Position numbers and translations under genes: made by a program
Notes under the pieces: generated by a model
Database searches by the model: none
What the model was told of the DNA's origin: nothing
Seen by the model: the letters and a program-made list of their open reading frames with translations, nothing else
Source: an uncultured Candidatus Rokubacteria bacterium
Lineage (GTDB): Bacteria; Methylomirabilota; Methylomirabilia; Rokubacteriales; CSP1-6
Length of the DNA stretch: 64,000 nucleotides
Reading direction: 5' to 3'
Assembly: GCA_963771355.1 (NCBI GenBank)
Contig: CAVYTA010000002.1
Span: 66,481-130,480, forward strand
Shown here: in pieces, positions 1-10,583 of the stretch
Position numbering within the stretch: the first letter of the stretch is position 1
Layout of the letters: each line of letters begins with the position of its first letter

Positions 1-1
1 G

Positions 2-49
2 CCCGCCGACGCGCCGAAGGAAGCCGCGCCGGGCTGGTCGTCGCGGTGA
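2..49 (+). CDS. 3' end of an upstream gene truncated by the window edge
   Basis: Open frame PADAPKEAAPGWSSR* whose TGA overlaps the amidase GTG start (GTGA). Confidence 0.35.
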   Translation, partial: PADAPKEAAPGWSSR

Positions 50-1461
50 GCGACGAGCGGCTCGCCTTCCTCTCCGTCGCCGAGCTGGGCCGGCTCATCC
101 GGACCCGCGAGGTCTCGCCGGTCGAGGTGATCGAGACGCAGCTCGGGCGCATCGAGCGGCTGAACCCGCGGCTCGGCGCCTACGTCACGGTGGCCGCCGC
201 GGAGGCGCGCGCGGCGGCGCGGGAGGCGGAGGCCGAGATCGCCCGCGGCGGCTGGCGCGGGCCGCTGCACGGCGTGCCCGTGGGCGTCAAAGACATCTTC
301 GACACCGCGGGCATCCGGACCACTCATGGCTCGTCTTTCTACCGCGATCATGTCCCCGCGGAAGACGCGGAGTCCATCCGGCGGCTCAAGACCGCGGGCG
401 CGATCGTGGTGGGGAAGTGCAACACGCACGAGTTCGCGGCGGGCTCCACCACCAACAATCCCTGGTACGGTCCGTCCCGGAACCCGTGGGATCTCGCGCG
501 CTCCCCGGGCGGCTCCAGCGGCGGCTCCGGCGCCGCGGTGGCGGCCTTTCTCTGCGCGGCGGCCACCGGCACCGACACCGGCGGCTCCATCCGGAGCCCC
601 GCCGCCTGCTGCGGCGTGGTGGGGCTCAAGCCCACCTATGGCCGCGTGAGCCAGCGGGGCATCTATCCCAACGCGGTGAGCCTGGACCACCCGGGACCGA
701 TCGCGCGGAGCGCGCGCGACGCGGGGCTGCTGCTTCAGGGCATGGCGGGCTTCGACGCGCAGGATCCCACCACCGAGGACGTGCCGGTGCCCGACTTCAC
801 CGCGGGGATCGAGGCCGGCGTGAGCGGGCTGCGGCTGGCCCTCTGTCCCGACCTCCACTACGGCGAGCTCGACTCGGCGGTGGCGACGGCGATGGAGGCG
901 GCGGTGAAGACGCTGGCCGGCCTCGGTGCGCGCATCGAGACGGTGGCCTTCCCGCTGCGCGAGGCGCTGCAGTTCGCGCGCAAGGCCATCGCCCAGGCCG
1001 AGTTCCTCGCGCTCCACCGCGAGCGGCTCGCGGCCACCCCCGAGGGCTATGGCGCCGACGTGCGCGAGCGCCTCCGGGAGGCCGCCGCCACCACGCTGGA
1101 CGACTACGTGCGCGCCTGCCGCGAGCGCGAGCGCGTGCGCCGCGCGATGGACGGGCTCCTCGCCGAGGTGGACGGGCTGATCCTGCCCGTCTCGCCCTGC
1201 GAGGCGCCGCTCCTCGCCACCGGCACCTCGCGCATCAATGGCCGGGAGGTCACCTTCGGCGCGGTGGGCGTGCCCATGCGCGGCCCCCTCAACGTGCTGG
1301 GCCTGCCCGGGGTGGCGGTGCCCACGGGCTGGGCGCCCAGCGGGCTGCCGCTGTCGCTGCAGATCGTGGGCCCGCGCTGGGGCGAGGCCAAGGCGCTGCG
1401 CATCGCGCATGCGTTCGAGGAGGCCACCCCCGCCCTCCGCGACCGCCGCCCGCCGGAGTAG
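46..1461 (+). CDS. Amidase signature family protein (GatA-like)
   Basis: GVKD, GGSSGGS and GTDTGGSIR motifs (Lys-Ser-Ser triad). Confidence 0.92.
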   Translation: MSDERLAFLSVAELGRLIRTREVSPVEVIETQLGRIERLNPRLGAYVTVAAAEARAAAREAEAEIARGGWRGPLHGVPVGVKDIFDTAGIRTTHGSSFYRDHVPAEDAESIRRLKTAGAIVVGKCNTHEFAAGSTTNNPWYGPSRNPWDLARSPGGSSGGSGAAVAAFLCAAATGTDTGGSIRSPAACCGVVGLKPTYGRVSQRGIYPNAVSLDHPGPIARSARDAGLLLQGMAGFDAQDPTTEDVPVPDFTAGIEAGVSGLRLALCPDLHYGELDSAVATAMEAAVKTLAGLGARIETVAFPLREALQFARKAIAQAEFLALHRERLAATPEGYGADVRERLREAAATTLDDYVRACRERERVRRAMDGLLAEVDGLILPVSPCEAPLLATGTSRINGREVTFGAVGVPMRGPLNVLGLPGVAVPTGWAPSGLPLSLQIVGPRWGEAKALRIAHAFEEATPALRDRRPPE

Positions 1462-1526
1462 CGGGGAGCGGGATCGTGCAGAGTCACTCTGCGGGACCCG
1501 TCGCGCCCGCGCCCGGAGGTTACGTC

Positions 1527-1649
1527 ATGCATCTCCTGACCAGGCTGTTCAACTACTTCAGAGCGGACGGGATTCATCCGTGGGCCCTCGATGATGAGAC
1601 CGGTCACCTGACGCGATCGCGACATCGCCGGCCGTGGCGCATGAGGTGA
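1527..1649 (+). CDS. Small hypothetical peptide (40 aa, Arg-rich C-terminus)
   Basis: GGAGGT RBS at 1515-1520, ATG at 1527; stop lies next to the RBS/ATG of the following gene. Confidence 0.35.
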   Translation: MHLLTRLFNYFRADGIHPWALDDETGHLTRSRHRRPWRMR

Positions 1650-1651
1650 CC

Positions 1652-2910
1652 ATGGCCTTCGATGTCATCACGATCAACCCCTATTCGCTTTTGGATATCG
1701 TTGCTCTTGCGTTCGCGGCGCCCCTCGCCGTCGCGATCTACGGGGTCATGGAAGGTAACGGACGACGTGTGGACTCGCCTTCGCTCACCTACTCGCGTGC
1801 ACCGCCATGGTCGCCTTTGCCGACCTGATGATCGTCAACGCGACCGCGCCGTCAAGGCTCTCGTGTGGCGCGTGGAATATACGTCGTCGGAGCGATATCA
1901 CTTCCCCTGGTCATCCACTTCGTCTATGCCTTCGTAGACCACTACGCCAACGCGGGCGCCCGGGTGCTTGCTGCTTTCTGGGTCCTTGCCGGCATCCTGA
2001 TCGTACTCATAAGTCGCCTCTGTTCATACTTGTCTCCACGCGCGAGCGCGGCGCCGTGAGCTGGCGGAATGTCGCACCATACGTGCCGGATCTTGGCCCC
2101 CTTGCGGCGGTGTTTCTTCTTTTCTGGCTTTTCGTCATGACCTACGCCCTCGTGGCACTGTGGCGCCATCAGCGAACGCTACCGCCGACGGCGCGACCTC
2201 AACGCCGCCAACGCGGTTGAGAATCTGGGGCTGTTCTACGTGGTTCTCCTCTCCTCGAAGTGCCTGAGCGATGCATGATGTGCTCGTCCCGATCTCATCG
2301 GCTCGGGAATCATGGCAAGCGCGGACGGGCATGGTCGCTTCATCGAGGATCGTCAAGGGGCGGCTGCTGAATGCCCTACCGAGCTACGTGGCACCGTAGT
2401 CAGGCGGTCATTCCCAGGAAGGCATGCACCTCGCCGGAGTGACCCGAAACCTCGGCTGCGTGTTCGCGGAAACATTCAGAGACTGCACCGAAGGTCCAAG
2501 CGGTTGCGACTCGCTCTCCTTCGTCAGGTTCTATCGGTTTCCCGGCGAGGCGCGGTCCTGTCCGAGCCGAAGATCTTCGAGGACATCGCATTCGATGCCG
2601 CACCTGAGCTCCAGAATAGCCGGCAGCTCCGCTTCGAGATCATGCGCGACGGCCAATTGCGAGGCGTCTGTTTCTTCATCCGGCTTCACCTCGACGAGAC
2701 GAATTGTGTCGACACCTGGAAGCACCGCACGAACACTGGTCCATTCCCTACGTCAGGTTGAAAACGGCGACGTCGGTGAAAAAGGGCGATCTCGTCGAGG
2801 TCAGCGTGCGCGCGGACATCTCGGGCAATCCGACGTACTCTCTCCGACTGACCCACACGAGGGGGACCACGACCCGAGAGATCGGGACGGATTCGTGGTC
2901 AGGATCCTAG
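1652..2910 (+). pseudogene. Multiply frameshifted HisKA_7TM-like membrane domain followed by a partial PRMT-like SAM methyltransferase core
   Basis: Fragments join across frames: NPYSLL...AFAHLLACTAMVAFADLMIVNA...ALVWARGIYVVG..LPLVIHF...GPLAAVFLLFW, then ENLGLFY..LEVPERC-DVLV-DLIG...FIED-VKGRLL...VIP...GQLRGVCFF...DTW..HWSIPY..VKKGD. Confidence 0.6.
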
Positions 2911-2968
2911 CCGGGTTACTCGGCGACGGCGTCATCGGCAACCTGGGACCAGGATCCCCCACGGAACG

Positions 2969-3253
2969 CTAGATCTCGGTGAGGCGGGCGACGTCCGCGC
3001 GCCCGTCCATGTACTCGCCCATCTGGCGGCCGAGCGCCTTGAAGTAGTCGGTGGCCCGGTGGGCTTCCACCGCCGCCTGATCCACGTAGCGCTCCATGAA
3101 GACGTAGGTGCCCGCGGCCTCGTTCTTGTGGAGCGCGTAGAGCTTGCAGCCGGGCTCGCCGGCATTGACCTTGGCCACGAGCTCCTTGGCCACGGCCTCG
3201 AACTCCTTCTCCATCCCGGGCTTCACCTTGATCGTTGCGACGACGCCGAGCAT
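2969..3253 (-). CDS. Antibiotic biosynthesis monooxygenase (ABM) / putative quinol monooxygenase
   Basis: EPGCKLY, FMERY, AHRATDYF motifs; ATG overlaps the upstream TGA. Confidence 0.88.
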   Translation of the reverse strand: MLGVVATIKVKPGMEKEFEAVAKELVAKVNAGEPGCKLYALHKNEAAGTYVFMERYVDQAAVEAHRATDYFKALGRQMGEYMDGRADVARLTEI

Positions 3254-3762
3254 CACGGTCTCCGTTCCGGGCCCGCGGGGGCCCCCTGGGTAGTGGACAC
3301 CTGCTGCACGTAGTTCCGAAAGGTGATGGGATCGCGCACGCGCCGGAACACCTCGCGGGTGCCGCCGGTGCCGATCACGGTGAGGTCGCCATAGTCGAGG
3401 ATGCGGCCGGTCAGGCTCTGCTGGACCGCGATGGACTCGACCTTGCTCAGGAGGAGCTCGGTGGTATAGCGCGCCACCAGCCCCACCTTGAAGATGACGC
3501 GGGTGGTGGTCACCGCGAACTCGCTGGTGCGGAGCTCCACCCAGTGGACGAAGCCCCAGAAGAGGCCGATGGCCATGATGCCGAGCCCGATCCAGCCGGC
3601 CCAGCGCGCGGCCTCCGGCTGCGCTTCCATGTAGCGAACGGCGACGGTGAGGCCGGCCCCGATCAGGAAGACCAGCGCGGGCCGGGCGAACAGCACCCAG
3701 TGCAGGCGCGTCTTGTAGAGCACGCGCTCGCCGGGCAGGAGGTGCCGCTCGACATAGCCCAT
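3253..3762 (-). CDS. Bacterial PH domain (bPH_2) membrane protein
   Basis: LLPGERV..RLHW, two TM helices, FAVTTTRVI, GRILDYGDL. Confidence 0.85.
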   Translation of the reverse strand: MGYVERHLLPGERVLYKTRLHWVLFARPALVFLIGAGLTVAVRYMEAQPEAARWAGWIGLGIMAIGLFWGFVHWVELRTSEFAVTTTRVIFKVGLVARYTTELLLSKVESIAVQQSLTGRILDYGDLTVIGTGGTREVFRRVRDPITFRNYVQQVSTTQGAPAGPERRP

Positions 3763-3781
3763 CGGCTCAGTGGCCCATGGG

Positions 3782-4558
3782 CTAGAAGAGGACGTACCCG
3801 CCGTCGAGGACGAGCGTGTCGCCGGTGTGGTAGGCGGAGAGGTCGCTGGCCAGGTACACCGCGATGCCGCTGAAGTCTTCGCCCACGCCCCAGCGGCGGA
3901 GCGGCACTCGCGGCAGCACCTTCTGGGTGAAGGCCTCGCCGTGCAGGGCCACTTCCGTCATCGGGGTGTCGATCCAGCCCGGCACGATGGCGTTCACCCG
4001 CACCTGGTGCCGCGCCAGCTCCACCGCGAGGGCCCGCATGAGCGAGATCACCGCGCCCTTGGTGGCGGCGTAGTGCTGGCTGCGCGGGGCCCCCATCATG
4101 GCGGAGAGCGACGAGGTGACGGCGAGCGAGCCACCGCCGCCGCGCTCGATCATGTGACGCGCGGCGGTGCGCAGGGTGAAGAAGGCCCCGTCGAGGTTGA
4201 CGCTCATCACGCGGCGCCACTCCGCGGTGGCCATGTTGGCGAAGCCGGCCGCGCCGCCGCGCCCGCTCACGCCGGCATTGGCGAAGCAGGAGTCCACGCG
4301 GCCGAAGGCGCTCACGGTGTCCGCGAAGGCGCGCTCCACCGCGGCCTCGTCGGCTACGTCGCAGCGGAGCGCCATGGCCTTGCCGCCGTGTGATTGGAGC
4401 TGCTTCAACGCGGCCGCGTTCTTGTCCTCGTTGGTGCCCCACACGCAGACGGAGGCCCCGGCCCGGGCCAGTCCCTCGGCCATGCCGAGGCCGATGCCGC
4501 TATTGCCACCGGTCACGAGCGCCACCTTGCCGGTGAGATCGAATCCAGGATGCGCCAT
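3782..4558 (-). CDS. SDR family oxidoreductase (KduD/FabG-like)
   Basis: TGGNSGIG, ANAG, YAATK motifs. Confidence 0.92.
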   Translation of the reverse strand: MAHPGFDLTGKVALVTGGNSGIGLGMAEGLARAGASVCVWGTNEDKNAAALKQLQSHGGKAMALRCDVADEAAVERAFADTVSAFGRVDSCFANAGVSGRGGAAGFANMATAEWRRVMSVNLDGAFFTLRTAARHMIERGGGGSLAVTSSLSAMMGAPRSQHYAATKGAVISLMRALAVELARHQVRVNAIVPGWIDTPMTEVALHGEAFTQKVLPRVPLRRWGVGEDFSGIAVYLASDLSAYHTGDTLVLDGGYVLF

Positions 4559-4625
4559 GGCTCCCCTTTCTCGCGAGAGGCTGACTATACTACGCGGGCT
4601 CGAACGAGTGCTCGGGGGGCCGGCT

Positions 4626-5858
4626 TCACTGCTTCGTCGGTGGCCGCCGGCCCGCCTCACCGTAGCCGACGAGCTCCACGTAGCCGTGGCCCGCCACGGG
4701 CTGTCCGCCCTCGGTGCCGCGCACCTCCACCGCGCCCTCCCAGTAGCGCGGGCTCACGTCCAGCTCCTGGTCGGCCAGGCGCGGCGTGATGGTCAGCTCG
4801 AGGCGCCCGGCGGTGTCCGTGAGCCGCCAGCCGGCGGGATACTCGACCCCGCTCCGCCGGCTGCGCCAGACGCCGGTAGCCTCGAGGCGCACCCCGTCGC
4901 GCGTCAGCGCCCGCGCCCCCCCGCGCGCGTCCACTACCACGCCGGCGCTGAAGGGATCGGCGGTGCCGTCCCGCCGGCGGAGGCGGTAGTACATCAGCTC
5001 GCGCCCGTCCTCGAGCTGCAGCGCGAACCAGTCCCAGCCGGCCAGGTCCTTGCCCACCGCGGCGGTGCTCCACTCGCGGTCCATCCAGGCGAGCCCCTCC
5101 ACCTCGAACCGCTCGGTGCGGAGCCGGATGGTGCCGCGCACGGGCATGCGCGTGAGCGAGTAGTAGTACGAGGCGTTGCCGAGCTCCGGTCCCTTGCGCG
5201 AGAGCCCGCGCTCACCCTGCAGCACCGGCGGCTTGGCGCTCTCCAGCTGGAGGTCCAGCGCCATGTCCTCGTCCTCCGCGCGCAGGTGCAGGGGAAAGGT
5301 GGAGGTCCCGTCGCTCCGTGCCTCCCAGTCCTCCACGAAGACGCGGAAGGGCTCCGCCTGGGCGCCGGCCAGGCCGAGCGCGCCACGGCTGGTCCGCGTC
5401 CCGAAGTGGAAACGGCCGCCGCGCGCGTCCGTCACCGCCAGGTGCGCCAGATAAGCGTGGCTGGCGCCCCAGTCCGAGCCACGGCCCGGCGCGTCCGGCG
5501 TCAGCGCGCGGCGGAAGAACGTGAGCTGGAAGCCGAGGTGTCGCCCGTCGGCGCTCCGGAGATTGCCGGTCCAGTACCACCACTCGACCCGGAACTCCGG
5601 ATGGGGCCCGTGGTCGCGGGGAAAGACGAAGGCCCGCGGCACCTCCGCGCGGGCGAAGCCCTCGACCCGGCCCCCGGACAGTGCCTCCGCCACGGAGAGC
5701 GTGGCGACCACGGGCCCGCGCGCCGGCCGGAACGGCCCCTCGGTCAGCGTGAGCAGCACCGCGAGGACCAGTACCGCCGCGCCCGCCACCAGGCCCGCCG
5801 CCACGGCCACCCGGCGGGCGCCGCGCCGGAACGCCCCCGGCCCGCCGGGCTCACTCAT
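4626..5858 (-). CDS. AttH/CrtC-like secreted lipocalin-fold protein
   Basis: DHGPHPEFRVEWWYWTG, SYYYS, WMDREW, GWDWF, YWEG motifs. Confidence 0.88.
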   Translation of the reverse strand: MSEPGGPGAFRRGARRVAVAAGLVAGAAVLVLAVLLTLTEGPFRPARGPVVATLSVAEALSGGRVEGFARAEVPRAFVFPRDHGPHPEFRVEWWYWTGNLRSADGRHLGFQLTFFRRALTPDAPGRGSDWGASHAYLAHLAVTDARGGRFHFGTRTSRGALGLAGAQAEPFRVFVEDWEARSDGTSTFPLHLRAEDEDMALDLQLESAKPPVLQGERGLSRKGPELGNASYYYSLTRMPVRGTIRLRTERFEVEGLAWMDREWSTAAVGKDLAGWDWFALQLEDGRELMYYRLRRRDGTADPFSAGVVVDARGGARALTRDGVRLEATGVWRSRRSGVEYPAGWRLTDTAGRLELTITPRLADQELDVSPRYWEGAVEVRGTEGGQPVAGHGYVELVGYGEAGRRPPTKQ

Positions 5859-8403
5859 CGCGCAGCGCCTCCGCGGGCACCGCCCGCGCCATGCGCAGCG
5901 CGGGGTAGAGGCCGGCCAGGAGCGCGGCCACCACCGCGAGCAACAGGCCCTGGAGTAGCACCTCGGGGCGCACGTCGAGCGGCATGGTCCAGCCGAAGGA
6001 CCGGCGATTGATCACGAAGACGAGGACGGCGGCCAGGAGCACGCCCATCGGCAGCGCGAGCAGCCCCGCCACCAGCCCCATGAGCCCCGTCTGCGCGGTG
6101 ATCACGCCCCAGACCTGGCGCGGCGTGAGGCCGAGCGCGCGCTGGAAGGCCACCTCGCGCGTGCGCTCCAGCGCCTGCGCCATCAGCGCGGACAGCACGC
6201 CCACGAAGGCCACCACCACGATGAGGAGCCGGAGCACACGCGTCACCGCGAAGGTGCGGTCGAAGATCTCCAGCGACGCCTCCCGCAGCGCCCGGTTGGA
6301 GCGGATGACCACCTCGGCGGGCGGCGTGCCCTCCGCCGTGCGCGCTCGCAGCGCGGCGATGAGGGCGTCGGGGTCGGTGCCCGGAGCCGTGTAGAGCGCG
6401 ATCGCCGACACCGCGCGGTCGTCCCAGTGGCGCTCGTAGGTCGCGCGGCTCATGACGACCACCCCGGCGCTCGAGCCGTAGTCGTAGAAGACGCCGGCGA
6501 TGGGGAACGCGTGGGGGCCGCGGTCGGTGGTGAGATGCACCCGGCGGCCCGGGTTCAGCTCGCGGCGATAGGCGAAGGGCTCGGAGACCATCACCGCGCC
6601 GTTCTCCACCGCGGCCCAGACGCGCTCGAGCCGCCCCTCCTTCATGGGAAAGCTCGGCGCCCGCCCGGCCGCGACCCCCAGCGCCACCACGTGCACCGAC
6701 CCGCGCGGACTCGCCACGGTGGCCCCGCGCGACGTGCTCACCGCCGCGACGCCGGGGGTGGCGGCGAGCCGCTCGGCCAGCCCTGCGTCGAGCGCGGCGT
6801 CGGGGCGGCTGCCGATGAGACTCGGCGGCGAGATGTACACGTCCGCGCGCAGCGTGCCCTCGAGCCACTGTTCGACCGCCTCCCGGAACGACGCGATCAT
6901 GATGCCCACGCCGATGGTGGCGGAGACGGCGATCATGAGCGCGGCGATGGCGATGCCGGTGCGCGAGAGCGCGGCATGGATGCCGCGCGCGGCCATTCCC
7001 CCCAGGAGACCCCCGATGCGCCGCGCCGGCCATTCCAGGACCCGCAGCAGCGCGGAGGCGGCCAGCGGGGTGGCGAGCGCGGCGCCCATGAGCAGCGCGA
7101 AGAGCCCGACGAAGCCCCACAACGCGCCGCCCCGCGGGAGGAGCAGGAGCCCGCCCACGCCGGCCAGCGCCACTCCCGCGAGCGCGGCGCGCGGCGCCGT
7201 CCGGCGGGCCCGCGCCTCGAGGAGCGAGCGCAGCAGCGCCTCGCGCGGCCGCGTCCCCGCCGCCTCGCGCGCGGGGGCAAGCGCGGCCAGGAGAGTGGCG
7301 CCCATGCCGAGGCCCACCGCCTTGAGCACCGCCGCCGGGGTGAGCCAGACCTCGCGCACCGACAGCACGAAGTAGAGGTCGTTGATGGTGCGCGTGACGA
7401 GGCCGAGCAGGCCCTGGGCCAGCGCCAGGCCGAGGCCGATGCCCAGCAGCGTCCCCACCGCGCCCACCGCGAGCGCCTCGCCGGCCACCAGGGTGAACAC
7501 CTCGCCGCGGGTGACGCCCAGCGCGCGAAGCGTGCCGATGAGGGGCCGGCGCTGCACCACCGAGAACGTCATGGTGTTGTAGACGAGGAACATCCCCACC
7601 ACCAGCGCCAGCAGCGAGAGCGCGCGCAGGTTCAGCGAGAAGGCGGCGGTCATCGAGGCCGCGGTCTCGGCCTGCGCCCCGGCGCGCGTGAGCTCGGCGC
7701 CCGGGGGCAGCGCGGTGCGGATACGCTCGAGCAGGGCCTGGTCCTGCGCTCGGAAGCCCACGATGAGGTCGATGCGGGTGAGCCGGCCCCGCGTGCCCGC
7801 CAGCTCCTGCGCGGTGGCGATGTCGGTCACGAGCAGGCCCTCCAGCGCGCGCGTCGAGAGGCGGTCGGCGGGCTCGAAGGTGCCGATGAGGGTCAGCGAG
7901 CGTCGTACCCCGGCCACGCGCACGCTGAGGGGGGCGCCCCCCTTGAGGCCGAGCGCGCGGGCGGTGGGCCCGGACATCAGCGCAGTGCCCGGCCGTCCCA
8001 CGAGATCGGCGAGCGTGCCGAGGGGATCCCCCCCTGCCAGGTGCGGCCGGAACGCGGACTCGGCGAAGGGATCCACGCCCAGGAGCTGGAACGTGCGCCC
8101 CGGGTGGTCCGGCGCCGCCACGTCGAACGCCACCACCGGCGCGGCCCGGCGCACGCCCAGGTCCAGGCGCAGGGTGCGATAGAAGGCCTCCGGCAACCCG
8201 GCGGGCCCCCCCACGATCTGATGCGTGGCCCGCCCCGTCACCGCCTCGGTGGCCAGCGCGAAGGCTCGGCGCGCGCTCTCGGTGGCGAGATCGATGGACA
8301 GGGCGACCGCCACTCCCAGCGCGATGCCGAGCACGCTGAGGCCGATCTGACCCGGGTGGCGGAGGAGATGCCGCAGGCTCGCCCGCCAGAGCAGCCGGCT
8401 CAC
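5851..8403 (-). CDS. FtsX/MacB-like ABC transporter permease (double domain, AttFG-like)
   Basis: Two permease repeats ([14 protein letters not shown]), many TM segments; operon with ATPase and AttH-like gene. Confidence 0.9.
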   Translation of the reverse strand: MSRLLWRASLRHLLRHPGQIGLSVLGIALGVAVALSIDLATESARRAFALATEAVTGRATHQIVGGPAGLPEAFYRTLRLDLGVRRAAPVVAFDVAAPDHPGRTFQLLGVDPFAESAFRPHLAGGDPLGTLADLVGRPGTALMSGPTARALGLKGGAPLSVRVAGVRRSLTLIGTFEPADRLSTRALEGLLVTDIATAQELAGTRGRLTRIDLIVGFRAQDQALLERIRTALPPGAELTRAGAQAETAASMTAAFSLNLRALSLLALVVGMFLVYNTMTFSVVQRRPLIGTLRALGVTRGEVFTLVAGEALAVGAVGTLLGIGLGLALAQGLLGLVTRTINDLYFVLSVREVWLTPAAVLKAVGLGMGATLLAALAPAREAAGTRPREALLRSLLEARARRTAPRAALAGVALAGVGGLLLLPRGGALWGFVGLFALLMGAALATPLAASALLRVLEWPARRIGGLLGGMAARGIHAALSRTGIAIAALMIAVSATIGVGIMIASFREAVEQWLEGTLRADVYISPPSLIGSRPDAALDAGLAERLAATPGVAAVSTSRGATVASPRGSVHVVALGVAAGRAPSFPMKEGRLERVWAAVENGAVMVSEPFAYRRELNPGRRVHLTTDRGPHAFPIAGVFYDYGSSAGVVVMSRATYERHWDDRAVSAIALYTAPGTDPDALIAALRARTAEGTPPAEVVIRSNRALREASLEIFDRTFAVTRVLRLLIVVVAFVGVLSALMAQALERTREVAFQRALGLTPRQVWGVITAQTGLMGLVAGLLALPMGVLLAAVLVFVINRRSFGWTMPLDVRPEVLLQGLLLAVVAALLAGLYPALRMARAVPAEALRDE

Positions 8404-9098
8404 GCGCGTTCCGCGACCCGCTGCTCGACGAGCTGGCCCTGCTGGATGAGGAATACGCGGTCCGCCACCCCGATCACCTCGCGGCTGTGGGTGGCCATCA
8501 CCACCGTCTTTCCCAGCTCGCGCGCGAGCCCGTCCAGGAGGTCGAGCACCACCTCGGCGGCGTCGGCGTCGAGATTGCCGGTGGGCTCGTCGGCCAGCAC
8601 GAGGGCGGGATCGTGCACGAGGGCCCGCGCCACCGCCACGCGCTGCTGCTCGCCGCCGGAGAGCCGGTCGGGGTAGGTGCGGGCCCGATCGGCCAGGCCC
8701 ACCCGCGCCAGCAGGGCCAGCGCATGCGCCCGCCCGCGCGCGTCGGCCCGCCCCAGCAGCTCGAGCGGCAAGAGCAGGTTCTCCTCCACCGTCAGCAGCG
8801 GGACCAGGTTGAAGAACTGGAAGATGAAGCCGATGTGCTCGCGCCGGAAGCGCGTGCGCGCGCCCTCGTCGAGCGCGGTGAGGTCGGTGCCGTTGACGCG
8901 CACCGTCCCCTCGGAGGGCCGGTCGATCCCGCTGATGAGGTTCAGCACGGTGGACTTGCCGGAGCCGCTGCGCCCGACCAGCACGCCGATCTCGCCGATC
9001 CCGACGGTGGCGCCGGCGTCGCGGAGGACGACGCGCTCGCCGTCGCCCTCCCGGTAGAACTTGCTGAGATGGCGGAGCTCGACGGCGGGGAGGAACAT
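8400..9098 (-). CDS. ABC transporter ATP-binding protein (LolD/AttE-like)
   Basis: [27 protein letters not shown]. Confidence 0.93.
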   Translation of the reverse strand: MFLPAVELRHLSKFYREGDGERVVLRDAGATVGIGEIGVLVGRSGSGKSTVLNLISGIDRPSEGTVRVNGTDLTALDEGARTRFRREHIGFIFQFFNLVPLLTVEENLLLPLELLGRADARGRAHALALLARVGLADRARTYPDRLSGGEQQRVAVARALVHDPALVLADEPTGNLDADAAEVVLDLLDGLARELGKTVVMATHSREVIGVADRVFLIQQGQLVEQRVAERA

Positions 9099-9265
9099 GG
9101 CGACGCGGCTATTGTAGCAGGGGCGGAAAACAGGAAACTTTAGGGGGTGACACTTTCATTGACCCCGAGAAGGAGAAGGCCCAGCGCGAGCCGGAGGGCG
9201 GAGTGGCGCATCGCGCGACTATACCGGGAACCGGGCCGCCCCGGGAGTGGATCCGGCGAGGAGGA

Positions 9266-9973
9266 CTAGGCGGGGAGCGCGGAGTCGCGCGCGCTGCGCG
9301 AGAGCACGCCCGCGAGCATCTGGCCCAGCGCCGGCGTGTAGCGCGGACGGACCGGCTTGGCCTCGATCAGCGAGAGGAGGTCCGAGAAGCGGACCACCGG
9401 CGCCCAGGACCGATCCACCTTCACGCGGCAGAGCGGATGGGTGAGGACCACCACGCCGTCCACCCAGCGCAGCAGGGAGCGGCCCAGCTCGGGATGGGCG
9501 CGGCAGAGAAACTCCTTCACCGCGATCGCGCCCTCGGTCACCTGGCGCGCGACGTCGCCGCGGGGAATGCCGTTCACCCGCCAGCGGTTGTTCCGCACGC
9601 GGATGCTCCCGCCCCAGCGCTTGGTCTCGATCGCCATGATCCCGAAGGGCCCGATGAGGACGTGGTCCACGTTGCCGCGGTAGTAGGGCAGCATCAGGTC
9701 GTTGACCAGGAAGTAGTCGTCGGAGAGACGGCCCAGCAGCTCGGTCACGTTCTCCTCGCCCACCCGGCCGGAGCGGACGCTCCGCAGCCGGCCCAGCGCG
9801 GAGCCCGCCATGGACCCCGCGGCGAGACCGGCAACGAGCCCGACGAGGGGATTCACCGCGACGCCCGCCGCCACCGAGGCCACCAGGCCCGCGCCGGCGA
9901 AGCCCATCAGCTCGAGCTGGTGACGACGCTCGCGCGCCGCCAGATACGCGCCCCCTGCCCGCTCGAGCTTCAT
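9266..9973 (-). CDS. NERD (nuclease-related domain) protein with N-terminal TM segment
   Basis: GRVGEENV, NVDHVLIGPFGIMAIETK (PD-(D/E)xK-like). Confidence 0.85.
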   Translation of the reverse strand: MKLERAGGAYLAARERRHQLELMGFAGAGLVASVAAGVAVNPLVGLVAGLAAGSMAGSALGRLRSVRSGRVGEENVTELLGRLSDDYFLVNDLMLPYYRGNVDHVLIGPFGIMAIETKRWGGSIRVRNNRWRVNGIPRGDVARQVTEGAIAVKEFLCRAHPELGRSLLRWVDGVVVLTHPLCRVKVDRSWAPVVRFSDLLSLIEAKPVRPRYTPALGQMLAGVLSRSARDSALPA

Positions 9974-10189
9974 GACCGAGAGCAATTGCACGGAGCGGGC
10001 CAGCGGCCTGGTGGGCGAGGACACCCAGGCACGGGCTCCCGTTCGCGTTCACGTGCGCGGACTTACGGGCCTCGCGCAGAGGTTGCGCGGGTCGGCGGTG
10101 GACCAAAGCCGTCAGCGCCGCCGGCCAAAATCGGAAGCGCTGAGGGGCACTGCGCGCGAGCCCGCCGCGGCGGCCGGGCCACCGCACCC

Positions 10190-10580
10190 CTAAAGGTGAG
10201 CGACTGCCTCGATCTCGACCAGCGCGCCGGCGGGAAGCGCCACCACCTGCACGGTGGAGCGGGCGGGCGGCTCGGCGCCCGCGTGCTTCTTGTACACCTC
10301 GTTCATCGCCGCGAAGTCGGCCAGGTCCTTCAGGTACACGGTCGTCTTGACGAGGCGGTCCAGCCCGCTGCCCGCCTCCTCCAGGATGGCCCGGAGGTTG
10401 GCGAGGACCTGCTCCGTCTGCTCGGTGATGGTCTTGCCCACGAGCTCGGCTCGAGCCGGGGCGCAGCGGGATCTGCCCCGAGACGAAGACCAGGTCCCCC
10501 ACGCGGATGGCCTGGGAGTACGGCGCGCCCGCGAAGGGCGCGGGAGCCTGCGTGCTGCGGACCACCGATTTCTTGGCCAT
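10190..10580 (-). CDS. RidA family reactive intermediate deaminase, +1 frameshift near 10448
   Basis: APYSQAIRVGDLVFVSGQIP in one frame and NEVY..PPARSTVQV..LP..ALVEIE in the next. Confidence 0.85.
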
Positions 10581-10583
10581 GGC

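Noticed and set aside
46..1461. gatA (Glu-tRNA amidotransferase subunit A)
   Set aside because: No gatB follows and I see no GatA-specific features; treated as a generic amidase
9266..9973. Anti-phage defence island around the NERD gene
   Set aside because: Single orphan NERD gene with no helicase, methylase, toxin or mobile genes nearby
10190..10580. Programmed ribosomal frameshifting in ridA or the other split genes
   Set aside because: No slippery heptamer or consistent stimulatory structure, and these families are not known to be recoded
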